A stretch of 56,921 bases of DNA from Gammaproteobacteria bacterium (GCA_024763505.1 JANTFI010000004.1:1-56921); one strand, 5' to 3'; counted from the stretch's first letter, positions 28,468 through 38,334 are shown. Numbers and translations are program-made. The notes: generated by a model not told the origin, from the letters alone.

Positions 28468-30845
28468 GCGAGTCTAGCAACAACGAGCCTGACAAAAACA
28501 AGCCGGGCCAAGAACCCGTTCGCATCGGCATTCGCGAACTGGTCGAGTTCTGTTGCCGCCGCGGCGATCTCGGCTATGACGGTGGCCCTTCTCCTTCTGC
28601 GCAGGAAGGCATACGTTGGCACCAGAAAATCCAGCGCCGCTATCGAAAGCAAGCCAAAGCCGAGGTTCGACTGCAACAGATTTTCCTGCGCGACGCTGGC
28701 AGCATCGAACTGGGCGGTCGCATCGACCTGTTGTTCGACCAGCAAAACCCGCCACGGCTGGAAGAAATCAAAACTGTCACCAGTCTGCTCAACCGTGCCC
28801 AAGAGCACAGCGAAGCCCTGCACTGGGCGCAACTCAAATGCTACGCCGCCTGTTATGTCATCGAACAGAATCTGGAGCAGGTCGTGATCAGCCTGAATTT
28901 GGTCGAATCGTCGAGCGGACAGGAATTCCGCCAGCACCAAACCCTGTCCGCACCGGCGCTACAGGCATTTCTCGAGCCACTGCTCGATCGCTACCTTGAC
29001 TGGCATCGGCAAGTGGAAAGTCGCCGCCAGCAAATGATCGCCAGTGCCTCGAAGTTGGCTTTTCCTCACCCGTTTTTTCGGCCACAACAACGAGAATTTG
29101 CGGCGCGGGTTTATCGCAATATTCAGCGCGAAGGACAGCTGTTGGTCGAAGCGCCGACCGGTAGCGGAAAAACCATCAGTACCCTGTTTCCGGCGATCAA
29201 GGGGCTGGGTGAGCAATTGACGGCACAGATCATTTTTCTGTCAGCCAAGACTTCCGGCCAGCAGCAAGCCATCAACGCCATCGAATTGATGATCGGACAA
29301 GGGCTGGAGGTTCGCTATCTGGTACTGCAGGCCAAGGCTAAATCCTGCGTCTGCAACGATCAGGCGAATGCCCTCGATGACGATGGAAACTGCCTGCGTA
29401 CAATCGGTTTTTATGATCGCCTTGATCCCGCACGCGCTGCCTTGTTGCAACGAAACCGGCTTGATCCGGAAACCATCCAACAGGTGGCCAAAACCTACCG
29501 GCTTTGCCCGTTTGAATTATCGCTGCAGATGCTGCCGTGGGTAGATATCATCATTGCCGATCTGAACTATGTGTTTGATCCTCTGGTACAGCTGAGTTAT
29601 TTTAAAACCGATGGTCGAAGCAAATGTCTGCTGATCGATGAAGTGCACAACCTGGTCGATCGCGCGCGCTCCATGTATTCGGCCAGCCTGTCTCGCCGGC
29701 AACTCAAACAGGCGATCGAATCCAGCCAGCATACAGGCATCCGAACCACACTACAGCGATTCCAGCGCACCTTCGATCGCCAGATCAGCGCCCTGCCGCA
29801 GGATGAATTTATCCAGCCTGAAAAAGGTGCCAGTATGGGTCGATCGGTATGGCATTGTATCGAAAAACTGCAGGTCGATCTTTCCGCCAACGCGACGATC
29901 AGCCCGCCAGTGCTGGAAATCATCAAGGCTTTGTTTCGCTACCACAGCATCGATCAACTGTACGGCCCGCATCATCGAACCCTCGCTACCCGGCCATTGA
30001 AAAGCCGTCAGTGGCAACTGCGATGCCTGAATGCGTTTGAGTATCTCGCCACCGCGTACCGCTTGTTCAAGCATGTTTGTGGATTCTCAGCCACATTGGC
30101 ACCTTTGATGCATTACCGGCAGGCGCTGGGCTTTGATCGGGACGCCAAAGCATTTCGTCTGGCCAGCGGATTTCCAGAGTCACATCAGGGGGTGATGGTT
30201 GGCGGATATATCGATACACGCTACCGCCAGCGCGCCGATTCGATCGACGCCATCTGCCAGAGTCTGTATCAGTGTTACCTTGCAAAACCGGGTAACTATC
30301 TGGCATTTTTTTCATCCTATCAATTTATGCAGCAAGTGTATGAGCGATTCCAGCAGGACTATGGCACTATTTCTTCCATTATCCAGCCCAGAGAGGCCAG
30401 CGATGGCGAACGGCAGCAATTTCTGGATCACTTTTTTTCGCAGCAGCAGATCATCGGCTTTGCCATCCTTGGCGGCGTTTTTGCTGAAGGTATCGACTAT
30501 CATGGAGACAGCCTGATTGGCGCGATCATTGTCGGCGTCGGGCTACCGCAACCGGACACCCTGCAAAAGCTGATTGAGCAGGATTTTAATCATCTTGGGC
30601 TAAATGGTTTCGACCATGCTTTCCGCTTTCCCGGCATGACCCGGGTTCTGCAAAGCGCCGGACGTGTCATTCGCAGCGAGACCGACCGGGGAGTCATCAT
30701 CCTGCTCGAGCAACGCTTCACTCAGCGCGCTTACCTCGATTTGTTTCCAGCACACTGGCAACCCCGGATGTGTCAGAATCCAGCTACGCTGGAGGCCGCC
30801 TTACAGCAATTCTGGGGCTGTCATTCCGGTCCAGCGAAGGCTTGA
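28464..30845 (+). CDS. DinG/XPD-family Fe-S DNA helicase with N-terminal PD-(D/E)XK nuclease domain
   Basis: GRIDLL...EEIKT...WAQLKCYA nuclease; EAPTGSGKT, four Cys (CVC..C..CPFE), IDEVHNL, FAEGIDY, QSAGRVIR; ATGA coupling to VRR-NUC at 28464-28467. Confidence 0.9.
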   Translation: MSESSNNEPDKNKPGQEPVRIGIRELVEFCCRRGDLGYDGGPSPSAQEGIRWHQKIQRRYRKQAKAEVRLQQIFLRDAGSIELGGRIDLLFDQQNPPRLEEIKTVTSLLNRAQEHSEALHWAQLKCYAACYVIEQNLEQVVISLNLVESSSGQEFRQHQTLSAPALQAFLEPLLDRYLDWHRQVESRRQQMIASASKLAFPHPFFRPQQREFAARVYRNIQREGQLLVEAPTGSGKTISTLFPAIKGLGEQLTAQIIFLSAKTSGQQQAINAIELMIGQGLEVRYLVLQAKAKSCVCNDQANALDDDGNCLRTIGFYDRLDPARAALLQRNRLDPETIQQVAKTYRLCPFELSLQMLPWVDIIIADLNYVFDPLVQLSYFKTDGRSKCLLIDEVHNLVDRARSMYSASLSRRQLKQAIESSQHTGIRTTLQRFQRTFDRQISALPQDEFIQPEKGASMGRSVWHCIEKLQVDLSANATISPPVLEIIKALFRYHSIDQLYGPHHRTLATRPLKSRQWQLRCLNAFEYLATAYRLFKHVCGFSATLAPLMHYRQALGFDRDAKAFRLASGFPESHQGVMVGGYIDTRYRQRADSIDAICQSLYQCYLAKPGNYLAFFSSYQFMQQVYERFQQDYGTISSIIQPREASDGERQQFLDHFFSQQQIIGFAILGGVFAEGIDYHGDSLIGAIIVGVGLPQPDTLQKLIEQDFNHLGLNGFDHAFRFPGMTRVLQSAGRVIRSETDRGVIILLEQRFTQRAYLDLFPAHWQPRMCQNPATLEAALQQFWGCHSGPAKA

Positions 30846-31116
30846 TCCGACTTACCCGCAGCGCTCGTATAAATTTCGGCCGCGACTGCAGAATACGTCG
30901 CTCATCCTGTCGTGCATGCCGAGCTGTCAATATATTCATCTGATATGCCTGTCAGATTGGCAATCGAAGAGCCTCTTCTGGCACGTGCTCGCACAAAGGT
31001 TTTGGCCGGCACGAGACAAGCATATCGACCCGGCAGTGGGTTGCGTCTATCACTTCGCATACATGAATAGGCGGTTTGCTTCCAACAACGCTGATTAGTC
31101 ACAAAAGCGAGACTCA

Positions 31117-31129
31117 TGCATACTATGCA
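31117..31129. promoter_or_regulatory. Palindrome fitting the LysR T-N11-A rule upstream of SulP
   Basis: TGCATA-C-TATGCA perfect dyad, 113-125 nt before the SulP ATG. Confidence 0.4.
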
Positions 31130-31241
31130 GTTGTGGTCTGCCTGGAGCAGGCCAAGAAATTCTGTGATTCAGGCTGTGGCAGTGGCATGCACCGTCACCG
31201 TAACAGCGTATCACCCGCAACATGGTAGAGCGATCAAAGTA

Positions 31242-33383
31242 ATGAAGTGGTTAAAGATTTTATTCCCCTTTTTGAGATGGTTTCCGATGTCGCGCGACAC
31301 GCTACGCGCCGATATCACCGCCGGTGTCACGGTGGCATTGATTCTGGTGCCGCAAAGCATGGCGTATGCCTCGCTGGCCGGATTGCCGGTCGTGTACGGG
31401 CTGTACGCTTCGTTTCTGCCGGTCATTGTCGCTTCGCTGTGGGGCTCATCCAACCAGTTGCACACCGGGCCGGTGGCCATGCTGTCGCTGATGTCAGCCG
31501 CCGCGGTCATGTCCTACGCCACGCCGGGGACGGATGAATTTATCCAGATTTCGCTGATGCTGGCATTGATGGTCGGTATCCTGCGGCTGTTTCTCGGTAT
31601 CTTCAAGCTCGGGGTAATCGTCAACCTGTTATCGAGCCCTGTCATCATCGGCTTTACCAATGCGGCCGCGCTGATCATCGGCCTGTCGCAACTGAGCAAG
31701 ATCATCGGCGTACCTTTTCCCCGTTCCGACTCATATCTTTTCGACCTGACCGGGGTCATCTTGCAGATTCCGGAAGTCCGCTGGACTACGCTGCTGATGG
31801 CTGTTTTCGCCTGGCTGCTGATTTCCAATATCCCCCGCCTGACCAAAAAGATACCCGGCGTGCTGGCAGCGGTCGTGATCACTACATTGATCAGCGCCTG
31901 GTTCGGATTCGAACACAAAACCACGGTTTCGACCGACCAGATCAAGGACCCTGCCATCCTGCAAGCCATACAAACCTATACCCGGACGCATGATCGCATC
32001 ATGGAATTGACCGAGATTGCCAACAGCAAGACCCGCAAAGCGGAAGAGCAGTTGAAACGGGGCGGCATCGACCACATCAAAACTGCCGGACAACTGCGCG
32101 CGCAGGCCGCCGTTGCCAACTATGAGCTTGAACATTTGAAAAAACAGAACAATGCGCGTCGCATCGAATTAAACGCAATGACACTGACCGGCACAGTCAA
32201 CAGCCAGGGACAATTCGAATTACATGGCAAAGGCCAGCCATTGCCGGAAGCGGGTAGCGACGGAAGAACCTGGCGTTTCGACGGCATCCACAATGGTCAG
32301 ATCAGCTTTTCCGCCGGTGGCGCCGTGGTCGGCGACATCCCCAAAGGCTTGCCGAGTTTCCAAATGCCTGAAATCAAGCTCGACCTGGTGCTGGCATTAC
32401 TGCCATCCGCACTGGTGATGGCGCTGATCGGGTTCATGGAAGCCACATCCATCTCCAAGGCGATTGCCACCACCACCGGTGAACGGGTCGATACCAGCAA
32501 GGAGTTGGTCGGTCAGGGGCTGGCCAATATCGTCGGCAGCATGTTTGGTTCCTATACCGTCAGCGGTTCGTTTTCCCGATCTGCGGTGGCTGCGAAAACC
32601 GGAGCCCGAACCGGCCTGTTTGCCATCATCAGCGCACTGGCTGTGGTGCTGGTATTATTATTTTTCACCACCTACCTGCATCACCTGCCACAGGCGGTGC
32701 TGGCAGTAATCGTGATGATGGCCGTGTTCAGCCTGATCCGCGTCAAGCCACTGATCCAAGCATGGAAGATAGACCGGACCGGCGCAATTATCGGCATGAC
32801 GACGTTTTTCGCCACCCTGATTATGGCGCCGGCGATTGCCAACGGTATCCTGCTCGGCGTTGCATTGACGGTTTTGCAATGCCTGGTGACCAGCATGAAA
32901 CCGCGCACTGACATCATCAGTCGCAAAGCCGACGGCTCGCTCGGTGGCGTGCGTGCGCACAAACTCAAGCCGATGAGTGAAAATTTCGTGCCAGTGCGTT
33001 TCGATGGCGCTCTCAACTTTATGAATGTCGCCTATTTTGAAGACATGATCCTCGACGCCCATGCCTCTTTCCCCAATGCCACCACCATTCTGGTGGTCGG
33101 CAGCGGCATCAACGACATCGATGCCTCGGGCGAAGAAAAAATCCGCGAAGTCGCCAAACGACTGCGCGAGGTCGGTGTCAGTCTGGCCTTCAGCAGCCTC
33201 AAGCATCAAGTCATGAGCGTGCTGCAAGCCAGCGGACTGGTGAAGGAACTGGGCCGATATGCGTTTTATCCGGACAAGGCCACCGCGCTCAAGTTATTGA
33301 CCGATGCCGACACCTCGGACTACGACTGGGAAAAGCACGAAGCCGATAACCCACCGACAGAAACCGCCCGGTCACCGGGCTGA
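31242..33383 (+). CDS. SulP/SLC26 anion transporter with STAS domain and a large loop insertion
   Basis: DITAGVTVALILVPQSMAYASLAGLPVVYGLY, GFTNAAA, SGSFSRSA, STAS (RFDGALNF...IDASG). Likely start MKWLK at 31242. Confidence 0.93.
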   Translation: MKWLKILFPFLRWFPMSRDTLRADITAGVTVALILVPQSMAYASLAGLPVVYGLYASFLPVIVASLWGSSNQLHTGPVAMLSLMSAAAVMSYATPGTDEFIQISLMLALMVGILRLFLGIFKLGVIVNLLSSPVIIGFTNAAALIIGLSQLSKIIGVPFPRSDSYLFDLTGVILQIPEVRWTTLLMAVFAWLLISNIPRLTKKIPGVLAAVVITTLISAWFGFEHKTTVSTDQIKDPAILQAIQTYTRTHDRIMELTEIANSKTRKAEEQLKRGGIDHIKTAGQLRAQAAVANYELEHLKKQNNARRIELNAMTLTGTVNSQGQFELHGKGQPLPEAGSDGRTWRFDGIHNGQISFSAGGAVVGDIPKGLPSFQMPEIKLDLVLALLPSALVMALIGFMEATSISKAIATTTGERVDTSKELVGQGLANIVGSMFGSYTVSGSFSRSAVAAKTGARTGLFAIISALAVVLVLLFFTTYLHHLPQAVLAVIVMMAVFSLIRVKPLIQAWKIDRTGAIIGMTTFFATLIMAPAIANGILLGVALTVLQCLVTSMKPRTDIISRKADGSLGGVRAHKLKPMSENFVPVRFDGALNFMNVAYFEDMILDAHASFPNATTILVVGSGINDIDASGEEKIREVAKRLREVGVSLAFSSLKHQVMSVLQASGLVKELGRYAFYPDKATALKLLTDADTSDYDWEKHEADNPPTETARSPG

Positions 33384-33418
33384 TCCATCGCCTGCCGGGG
33401 TAGCGCCGAGGCCAGACC

Positions 33419-33868
33419 ATGAAGATAAGCGCCGACTCAGTCGAGGAATATCTCGCCAGACTGCCTCAATCGCGGCAGGCGGCTTTCAACCGCTTGCGCA
33501 ACACCATACTGACTCATCTGCCCGAAGGATTCGAAGAAACCCTGGGCAATGGCATGATCGGCTATGTCGTACCCCATTCTATTTACCCGCCAGGCTATCA
33601 CTGTGATCCGACGTCACCGCTTCCTTTTACCAGTATCGCATCTCAGAAAAATTTCATCGCGCTGTATCACATGGGATTATATGCCGACCCGGCGTTGCTG
33701 AACTGGTTTGTCCGGGCCTGGCCAAATCAGGCCAGGCGGAAACTGGATATGGGGAAAAGCTGTGTACGATTCAAATATCTGGACGATATTCCTTTTGACT
33801 TGATCGCCGATTTGATGTCCCGATTGACACCACAGGATGTGACCGCCCTGTATTCACAGAGAAGTTAA
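33419..33868 (+). CDS. DUF1801 (YdhG-like) protein
   Basis: SVEEYL..LP..RQ, GMIGYVVPHSIYPPGYHC, IASQKNFIALYH, LDMGKSCVRFK. Confidence 0.85.
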   Translation: MKISADSVEEYLARLPQSRQAAFNRLRNTILTHLPEGFEETLGNGMIGYVVPHSIYPPGYHCDPTSPLPFTSIASQKNFIALYHMGLYADPALLNWFVRAWPNQARRKLDMGKSCVRFKYLDDIPFDLIADLMSRLTPQDVTALYSQRS

Positions 33869-33887
33869 TTTTTCCTTATACCCGAGA

Positions 33888-36800
33888 TTATTCCAGCAGG
33901 AAGCCAATCGCATCGATCGAGAATTTTCTGACCTGACTCGGAGGCAGCGCATAAAAATTTTGCCAGGCCTGCTCCCGCTGTTCGTCATAATGGCCATCAT
34001 GCCGGTTTAGCCACGCAATCTTGACGGCATGACCAATGATTACATCGAGCACGATATCTCCGCTGATCTCCAGCTGCGGGTTTTCCCTGAAAACCCTGAT
34101 CAGGGTCTGCAGCATCTCGATATTCAATTGCCGGTAAGCCGGTGAATCGATCTGGTTCAACTCGGCTTCAACCAGCATCGCGAAGGCCGGCTCGCCGGCG
34201 GTCATGTCATGCGTGATATCGTGGCTGATGCGGCTACCGAGACTGTATTTGTCGCCGATAATCAAGCCGTTGCAGCGGCTAAGGATTTGATAGATTTCAT
34301 GGTAATCCGACTCGGACAGGCGCACCAATCCACCGCTGTGCTGTCGCCATTCGGTCCAGTCTCGCCGCTGGCCTGCCTCTTCATGGGCAAACTCGCCGTC
34401 ATCCAAAAGACCGTGTTGAAGCGTCGGACTCAAGCCGGCAGCCTGCAGGTGCTCCTGCTGTTGAATGATGCCGGATTGCTCATTCAGTGTTTGCAGCAAA
34501 TGCTGCAGCAAATCGAATATTCTACTGGGCGCAAAGGTCAGTATTCGCTCGTAGGCAGCTCCGCTGTTGAGCGATTCATCACGGGCTGTGCTGGCCACCA
34601 GCAATTGTACAAAGTGGCGAACACGCAGGGTCAGCATATCCTGAAACAGGGCCGGCCGGGATTTCAGCAAATGGCCCAGGTGCAGCATCACTTCTTGCGT
34701 CAAAATACTTTCAGCCGCTGTCTTGCCGCTAAATGTACGAATGCGTTCAATGATGCGTTCACTGCTTAATGGATGGGATATCACCGCCTGTTCGCTGTAG
34801 GCACGACCGACAGAGAGGCGCTTGCGGCGGATGATAATTTCCAGCAGCGTATCTTCTATACGGCTGTCGCACAGGTTCATCAAGTCAGCCATGCGCCGGA
34901 CCAGCGACCAGTGATGATGAACGCAGGCAACATCATACAATTGCCTGCAAAGTTGCATCAAAGAGTTTTCACCCTGGCCGATATCGACCCGGGCATCTGG
35001 TCCCATCTGTTTGATCAATATTCTCAGAATCTCGGCCTGCAGTAATCGATTACCGGTTTTTGCAAACTGCTCGATCAGCGTCGATTGTTCTGATTCGTAC
35101 AACCGTTGCAGGTCGGCTGGTTGCAAGCTGTCGCTGTCGAGTCCGGCAATAGCCGCCTGCCCAACCCGGGCCGGCTGCAAGGCATCCGGAAAACGGTAAT
35201 CATGCAGATAGGTAATTCGCTCCAGACAGGCCGTCGTCAGCAACGAGTCGAGTCGTCCGGTAATTACGTCAACACCGTCACATTGACCCCGGGTCAGGTC
35301 ACTGAGCAGTTGCATCAAGGGATCTTCGAGGTCGTCATTGAGCATATCGGCACGAACCAGAAAGCTGACCAGTGGTTGGCCCGGCTGATCCCAGTTTTCA
35401 GCGATAAAACGCACCGACGAGCGAAACTGTTCCACCAGCAAATGATTATCATGGCTCAGATAAAATTCGCCCGGATTGAAATAATAGGGCAGAAAGATCA
35501 TGCGCTGGCCGGTAATTTCAAACAGACGTGAAGTGGTCAGGGTACGCATTACCAGCGCCGGGCGTCCGCTTAAACCGAGCGCCTGGTTTTTTCCGAGATA
35601 GGTATGCACCTGCGCCAATTCAGCTGCATGAAACACCTGTACGGGCGAGATTTGCGCCAATGTCTCAGTGCTGATACCACGATTGAGCAGATTTTGTCTG
35701 ACCGCTTCATTCTCTGCAAATATGGGTACCAACAGGCTGGTAGAACGATGGTGGCCTGGCCGCTGACGCCGATGCAGAGGGTCGATTTCAGCAGGATGAA
35801 GGGTACCATCCTCGATCATATCCGCGAGTATGAACAGACTTTGCGCCCAGGTCAGCGGCAGATTTTCATTGGCTTCCCTTGACTGGCTGCCGGGTTGATT
35901 TTTCTCAGCCTCAATCCGCTCGACGGGTACACGATACAACTCGGGCAGTAACTCCAGTCCCGCTTGTTCGACGAACAGGGGCTGCAGTTTTTCGCGCCAT
36001 TGTGCCGCCTCGCTATTGCGCCCGGTCATCAGACCGTCGAGCATCAGATAACAAAAAAACAAAGGCCACTCCGACTCGATATCCCTGAATTTCTGCAGTT
36101 CACTGGGCTCATAATGCAGCCGGGATTCATCTTCCAGTGCACTTTGATGGCCATCCAGCAAAAAACGTTTACAACCATAGCGCCCTTGTAGTGTTTGCAG
36201 AATTTTGTCGCGGGTTTCCTTGATCAACTCCTTATCTTCGATCGCATAAGCGGGAAAACCGATAATACTGAGAAGCGCGGCATCGGTTTCCTTGGAATTC
36301 GACTCTCTCGGTAGCAAGCCCTGCAAGGTAAAGCGGGATCGGGCGATGTCACTTGGCACGACATGAATGATACCGGTGGAGGATGGCACATTACCAAACA
36401 GGTTGAAGCCCGCCAGGGACTCCAGCGCAGCCTTGGCCATACCGACTGAACTGGCATTGATCTCAGGAATGCCGCGGTTGGTTTTATTGCCACGCTCCCA
36501 GATACCGTAATCCGGCGTGCAATAGGTTCGGCTGATATAATGCACCAGATTCTGGATGAAATTGACTTCATCGGCGCTGTAGATCAGGCTGATGCCGGAA
36601 GCGATCATTTGCACCAGTTGCAACAGGTATAGCGAAACCGCATCGAGCTGCAAGTGCCCCCACTCACTGTCTCCGACTACCGCCTGACCGGTACGGGTGC
36701 CGAACTTGGCGTGAATCGAATCTTTTGGATCCAGGCTGTACTTAAAGGCTTCCACCCGGTCAGCCTGCTGCATCATGGCCTTTAACAGGCCTCGCATCAG

Positions 36801-37064
36801 GCGAACGACCGATTTTTCCAGTTGATAACTGTGTTGATGTTGCGGAATATGACGATGATAGGCTCGTGACAGACCCCATACCGCCAGAATGCAATACACA
36901 TTATCCCTGATCCAGGCATCGGTGTAATCTCCGTGTATATTGATTGCGGTGCTGGCCGGCAACAAGCCGGTGATCGGATCCTGCTTTTCGATGATCAGGC
37001 GCTGGATACGGAAGTAATGATGTTCTAGCTGGTCGAGCGTTTGGTCAGGCACAGAGTCATGCAA
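33888..37064 (-). CDS. GH15-like protein homologous to phosphorylase kinase alpha/beta subunits
   Basis: TGLLPAST, AWIRDNVY, WGHLQLDA, PDYGIWERGNK, DAALLSIIGFPAYA, YGCKRFLLDG, EWPLFF, PLTWAQSL, plus about 600 aa of C-terminal PhK-like region. Confidence 0.88.
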   Translation of the reverse strand: MHDSVPDQTLDQLEHHYFRIQRLIIEKQDPITGLLPASTAINIHGDYTDAWIRDNVYCILAVWGLSRAYHRHIPQHQHSYQLEKSVVRLMRGLLKAMMQQADRVEAFKYSLDPKDSIHAKFGTRTGQAVVGDSEWGHLQLDAVSLYLLQLVQMIASGISLIYSADEVNFIQNLVHYISRTYCTPDYGIWERGNKTNRGIPEINASSVGMAKAALESLAGFNLFGNVPSSTGIIHVVPSDIARSRFTLQGLLPRESNSKETDAALLSIIGFPAYAIEDKELIKETRDKILQTLQGRYGCKRFLLDGHQSALEDESRLHYEPSELQKFRDIESEWPLFFCYLMLDGLMTGRNSEAAQWREKLQPLFVEQAGLELLPELYRVPVERIEAEKNQPGSQSREANENLPLTWAQSLFILADMIEDGTLHPAEIDPLHRRQRPGHHRSTSLLVPIFAENEAVRQNLLNRGISTETLAQISPVQVFHAAELAQVHTYLGKNQALGLSGRPALVMRTLTTSRLFEITGQRMIFLPYYFNPGEFYLSHDNHLLVEQFRSSVRFIAENWDQPGQPLVSFLVRADMLNDDLEDPLMQLLSDLTRGQCDGVDVITGRLDSLLTTACLERITYLHDYRFPDALQPARVGQAAIAGLDSDSLQPADLQRLYESEQSTLIEQFAKTGNRLLQAEILRILIKQMGPDARVDIGQGENSLMQLCRQLYDVACVHHHWSLVRRMADLMNLCDSRIEDTLLEIIIRRKRLSVGRAYSEQAVISHPLSSERIIERIRTFSGKTAAESILTQEVMLHLGHLLKSRPALFQDMLTLRVRHFVQLLVASTARDESLNSGAAYERILTFAPSRIFDLLQHLLQTLNEQSGIIQQQEHLQAAGLSPTLQHGLLDDGEFAHEEAGQRRDWTEWRQHSGGLVRLSESDYHEIYQILSRCNGLIIGDKYSLGSRISHDITHDMTAGEPAFAMLVEAELNQIDSPAYRQLNIEMLQTLIRVFRENPQLEISGDIVLDVIIGHAVKIAWLNRHDGHYDEQREQAWQNFYALPPSQVRKFSIDAIGFLLE

Positions 37065-37106
37065 CGAGTTGAATTCGGGGGTTCATTTTAATTCAGCGAT
37101 GTTTTG

Positions 37107-37131
37107 GACGATAGTTTTTTACACTATCGTC
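37107..37131. promoter_or_regulatory. Perfect inverted repeat in the divergent GH15/glk promoter region
   Basis: GACGATAGT-tttttac-ACTATCGTC (9-7-9). Confidence 0.6.
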
Positions 37132-37255
37132 AGGGAAAATACTGCTTTGCTAGCAATTGTTGTGAGAGCCAGTCAGTTGAACGAGCCAGAATCCAGGCAA
37201 CTGATTCCTGAATCCGCGGCTTCTGGTACACTGTCCAATACCTGAATATCGAGGA

Positions 37256-38239
37256 ATGTCGTTGAAAAAGCACTGGAATCTGGTCGCTGATATTGGTGGC
37301 ACCAATGCGCGCTTTGCGGTGGATGATGACAGCAGCCCCGGGCTCGAGCACATCCAACTGTTCTCGGTTTCGCAGCATCCCTCGTTTCTGGATGCCCTCA
37401 AACACTTTTTACAGCGAGTCGCAGCTCAGGATCAATGGCTGCCCCTGCCGGATCAAGCCTGTTTTGCCGTGGCCGGTCCGGTCGATCAGTCAGAATATCG
37501 ATTTACCAATTCAAACTGGCACTTCAGCAAACGTGCACTACAGATTGAATTGCCTGGAAGCCAGATCGAAGTAATCAATGATTTCACTGCCATCGCGATG
37601 ACCATACCGACCCTGCATCACGAACACTGGTTGCAGATAGGCGGCGGCGAAGCGCAAGTGAATGCACCGATCAGTCTGCTGGGGCCAGGGACAGGATTGG
37701 GTGTTAGTACACTGCTGCCCTGCGCTGAGCGCTGGAAAGTCATCGATGGGGAAGGCGGCCACATCGATTTCGCTCCGGTTAATGCCGTGCAAATCGAGCT
37801 GCTGAAGATATTGTCGCAACAATTTGAACGCGTATCTGTGGAACGACTGTTATCGGGCGCCGGCATTGAAAACATTTATCTAGCCCTGAGCCAGATGCGT
37901 GGACAGCCGGCAGATTTGCATGGCGCGCCGGCAATTACCGATGCGGCAGTGCATCACAGAGATACACTGGCGTGCGAAAGCCTGCAGATATTTTGTGACA
38001 TCCTCGGCGCAACTGCTGGCAATCTTGCGTTGATGGTCGGTGCTCGAGGGGGCGTATATATCGCCGGCGGTATCGTACCGCGTTTTCTCGATTTCGTGTC
38101 CGCCAGCGGGATCCGCGACCGCTTCGAAGCCAAGGGACGATTTCGTCAATATTTATCATCCATCCCGCTGCGTGTCATGCTGAACGAGCAACCCGGCCTG
38201 CATGGTGCCGCACAGTGGTTACGGCAAGCTTCCAGCTGA
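37256..38239 (+). CDS. glk: Glucokinase
   Basis: LVADIGGTNARFA, FTNSNW, INDFTA, GPGTGLG, EGGHIDFAP, VSVERLLSG.G, GGVYIAGGI, RFEAKGRF. Confidence 0.95.
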   Translation: MSLKKHWNLVADIGGTNARFAVDDDSSPGLEHIQLFSVSQHPSFLDALKHFLQRVAAQDQWLPLPDQACFAVAGPVDQSEYRFTNSNWHFSKRALQIELPGSQIEVINDFTAIAMTIPTLHHEHWLQIGGGEAQVNAPISLLGPGTGLGVSTLLPCAERWKVIDGEGGHIDFAPVNAVQIELLKILSQQFERVSVERLLSGAGIENIYLALSQMRGQPADLHGAPAITDAAVHHRDTLACESLQIFCDILGATAGNLALMVGARGGVYIAGGIVPRFLDFVSASGIRDRFEAKGRFRQYLSSIPLRVMLNEQPGLHGAAQWLRQASS

Positions 38240-38305
38240 ATCTGACCGGCCGGTTCTGTATTTACCGTGAAGAATTGGTTTGTCACAACCGGGGGCAGAA
38301 GGGCC

Positions 38306-38334
38306 GGCACGGTTTACAGTGAAAAGCCCGTGCC
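38306..38334. terminator. Hairpin between convergent glk and carbamoylase
   Basis: GGCACGG-N15-CCGTGCC with additional internal TTT/AAA pairing. Confidence 0.5.

Noticed and set aside
26800-30845. Type IV CRISPR (CasDinG) or Cas4 locus
   Set aside because: No repeat-spacer array or csf/cas genes in the window; the VRR-NUC + DinG pairing is a known repair-type context.
30978-31022. sigma54 promoter upstream of SulP
   Set aside because: CTGGCACGTGCTCGCA has GG-N9-GC spacing; CGGCACGAGACAAGCA has correct spacing but AA instead of TT and lies over 200 nt from the ATG.
30664-31098. 144-aa ORF spanning the helicase end and intergenic region
   Set aside because: TTG start inside the helicase gene, no RBS, and non-protein-like composition.
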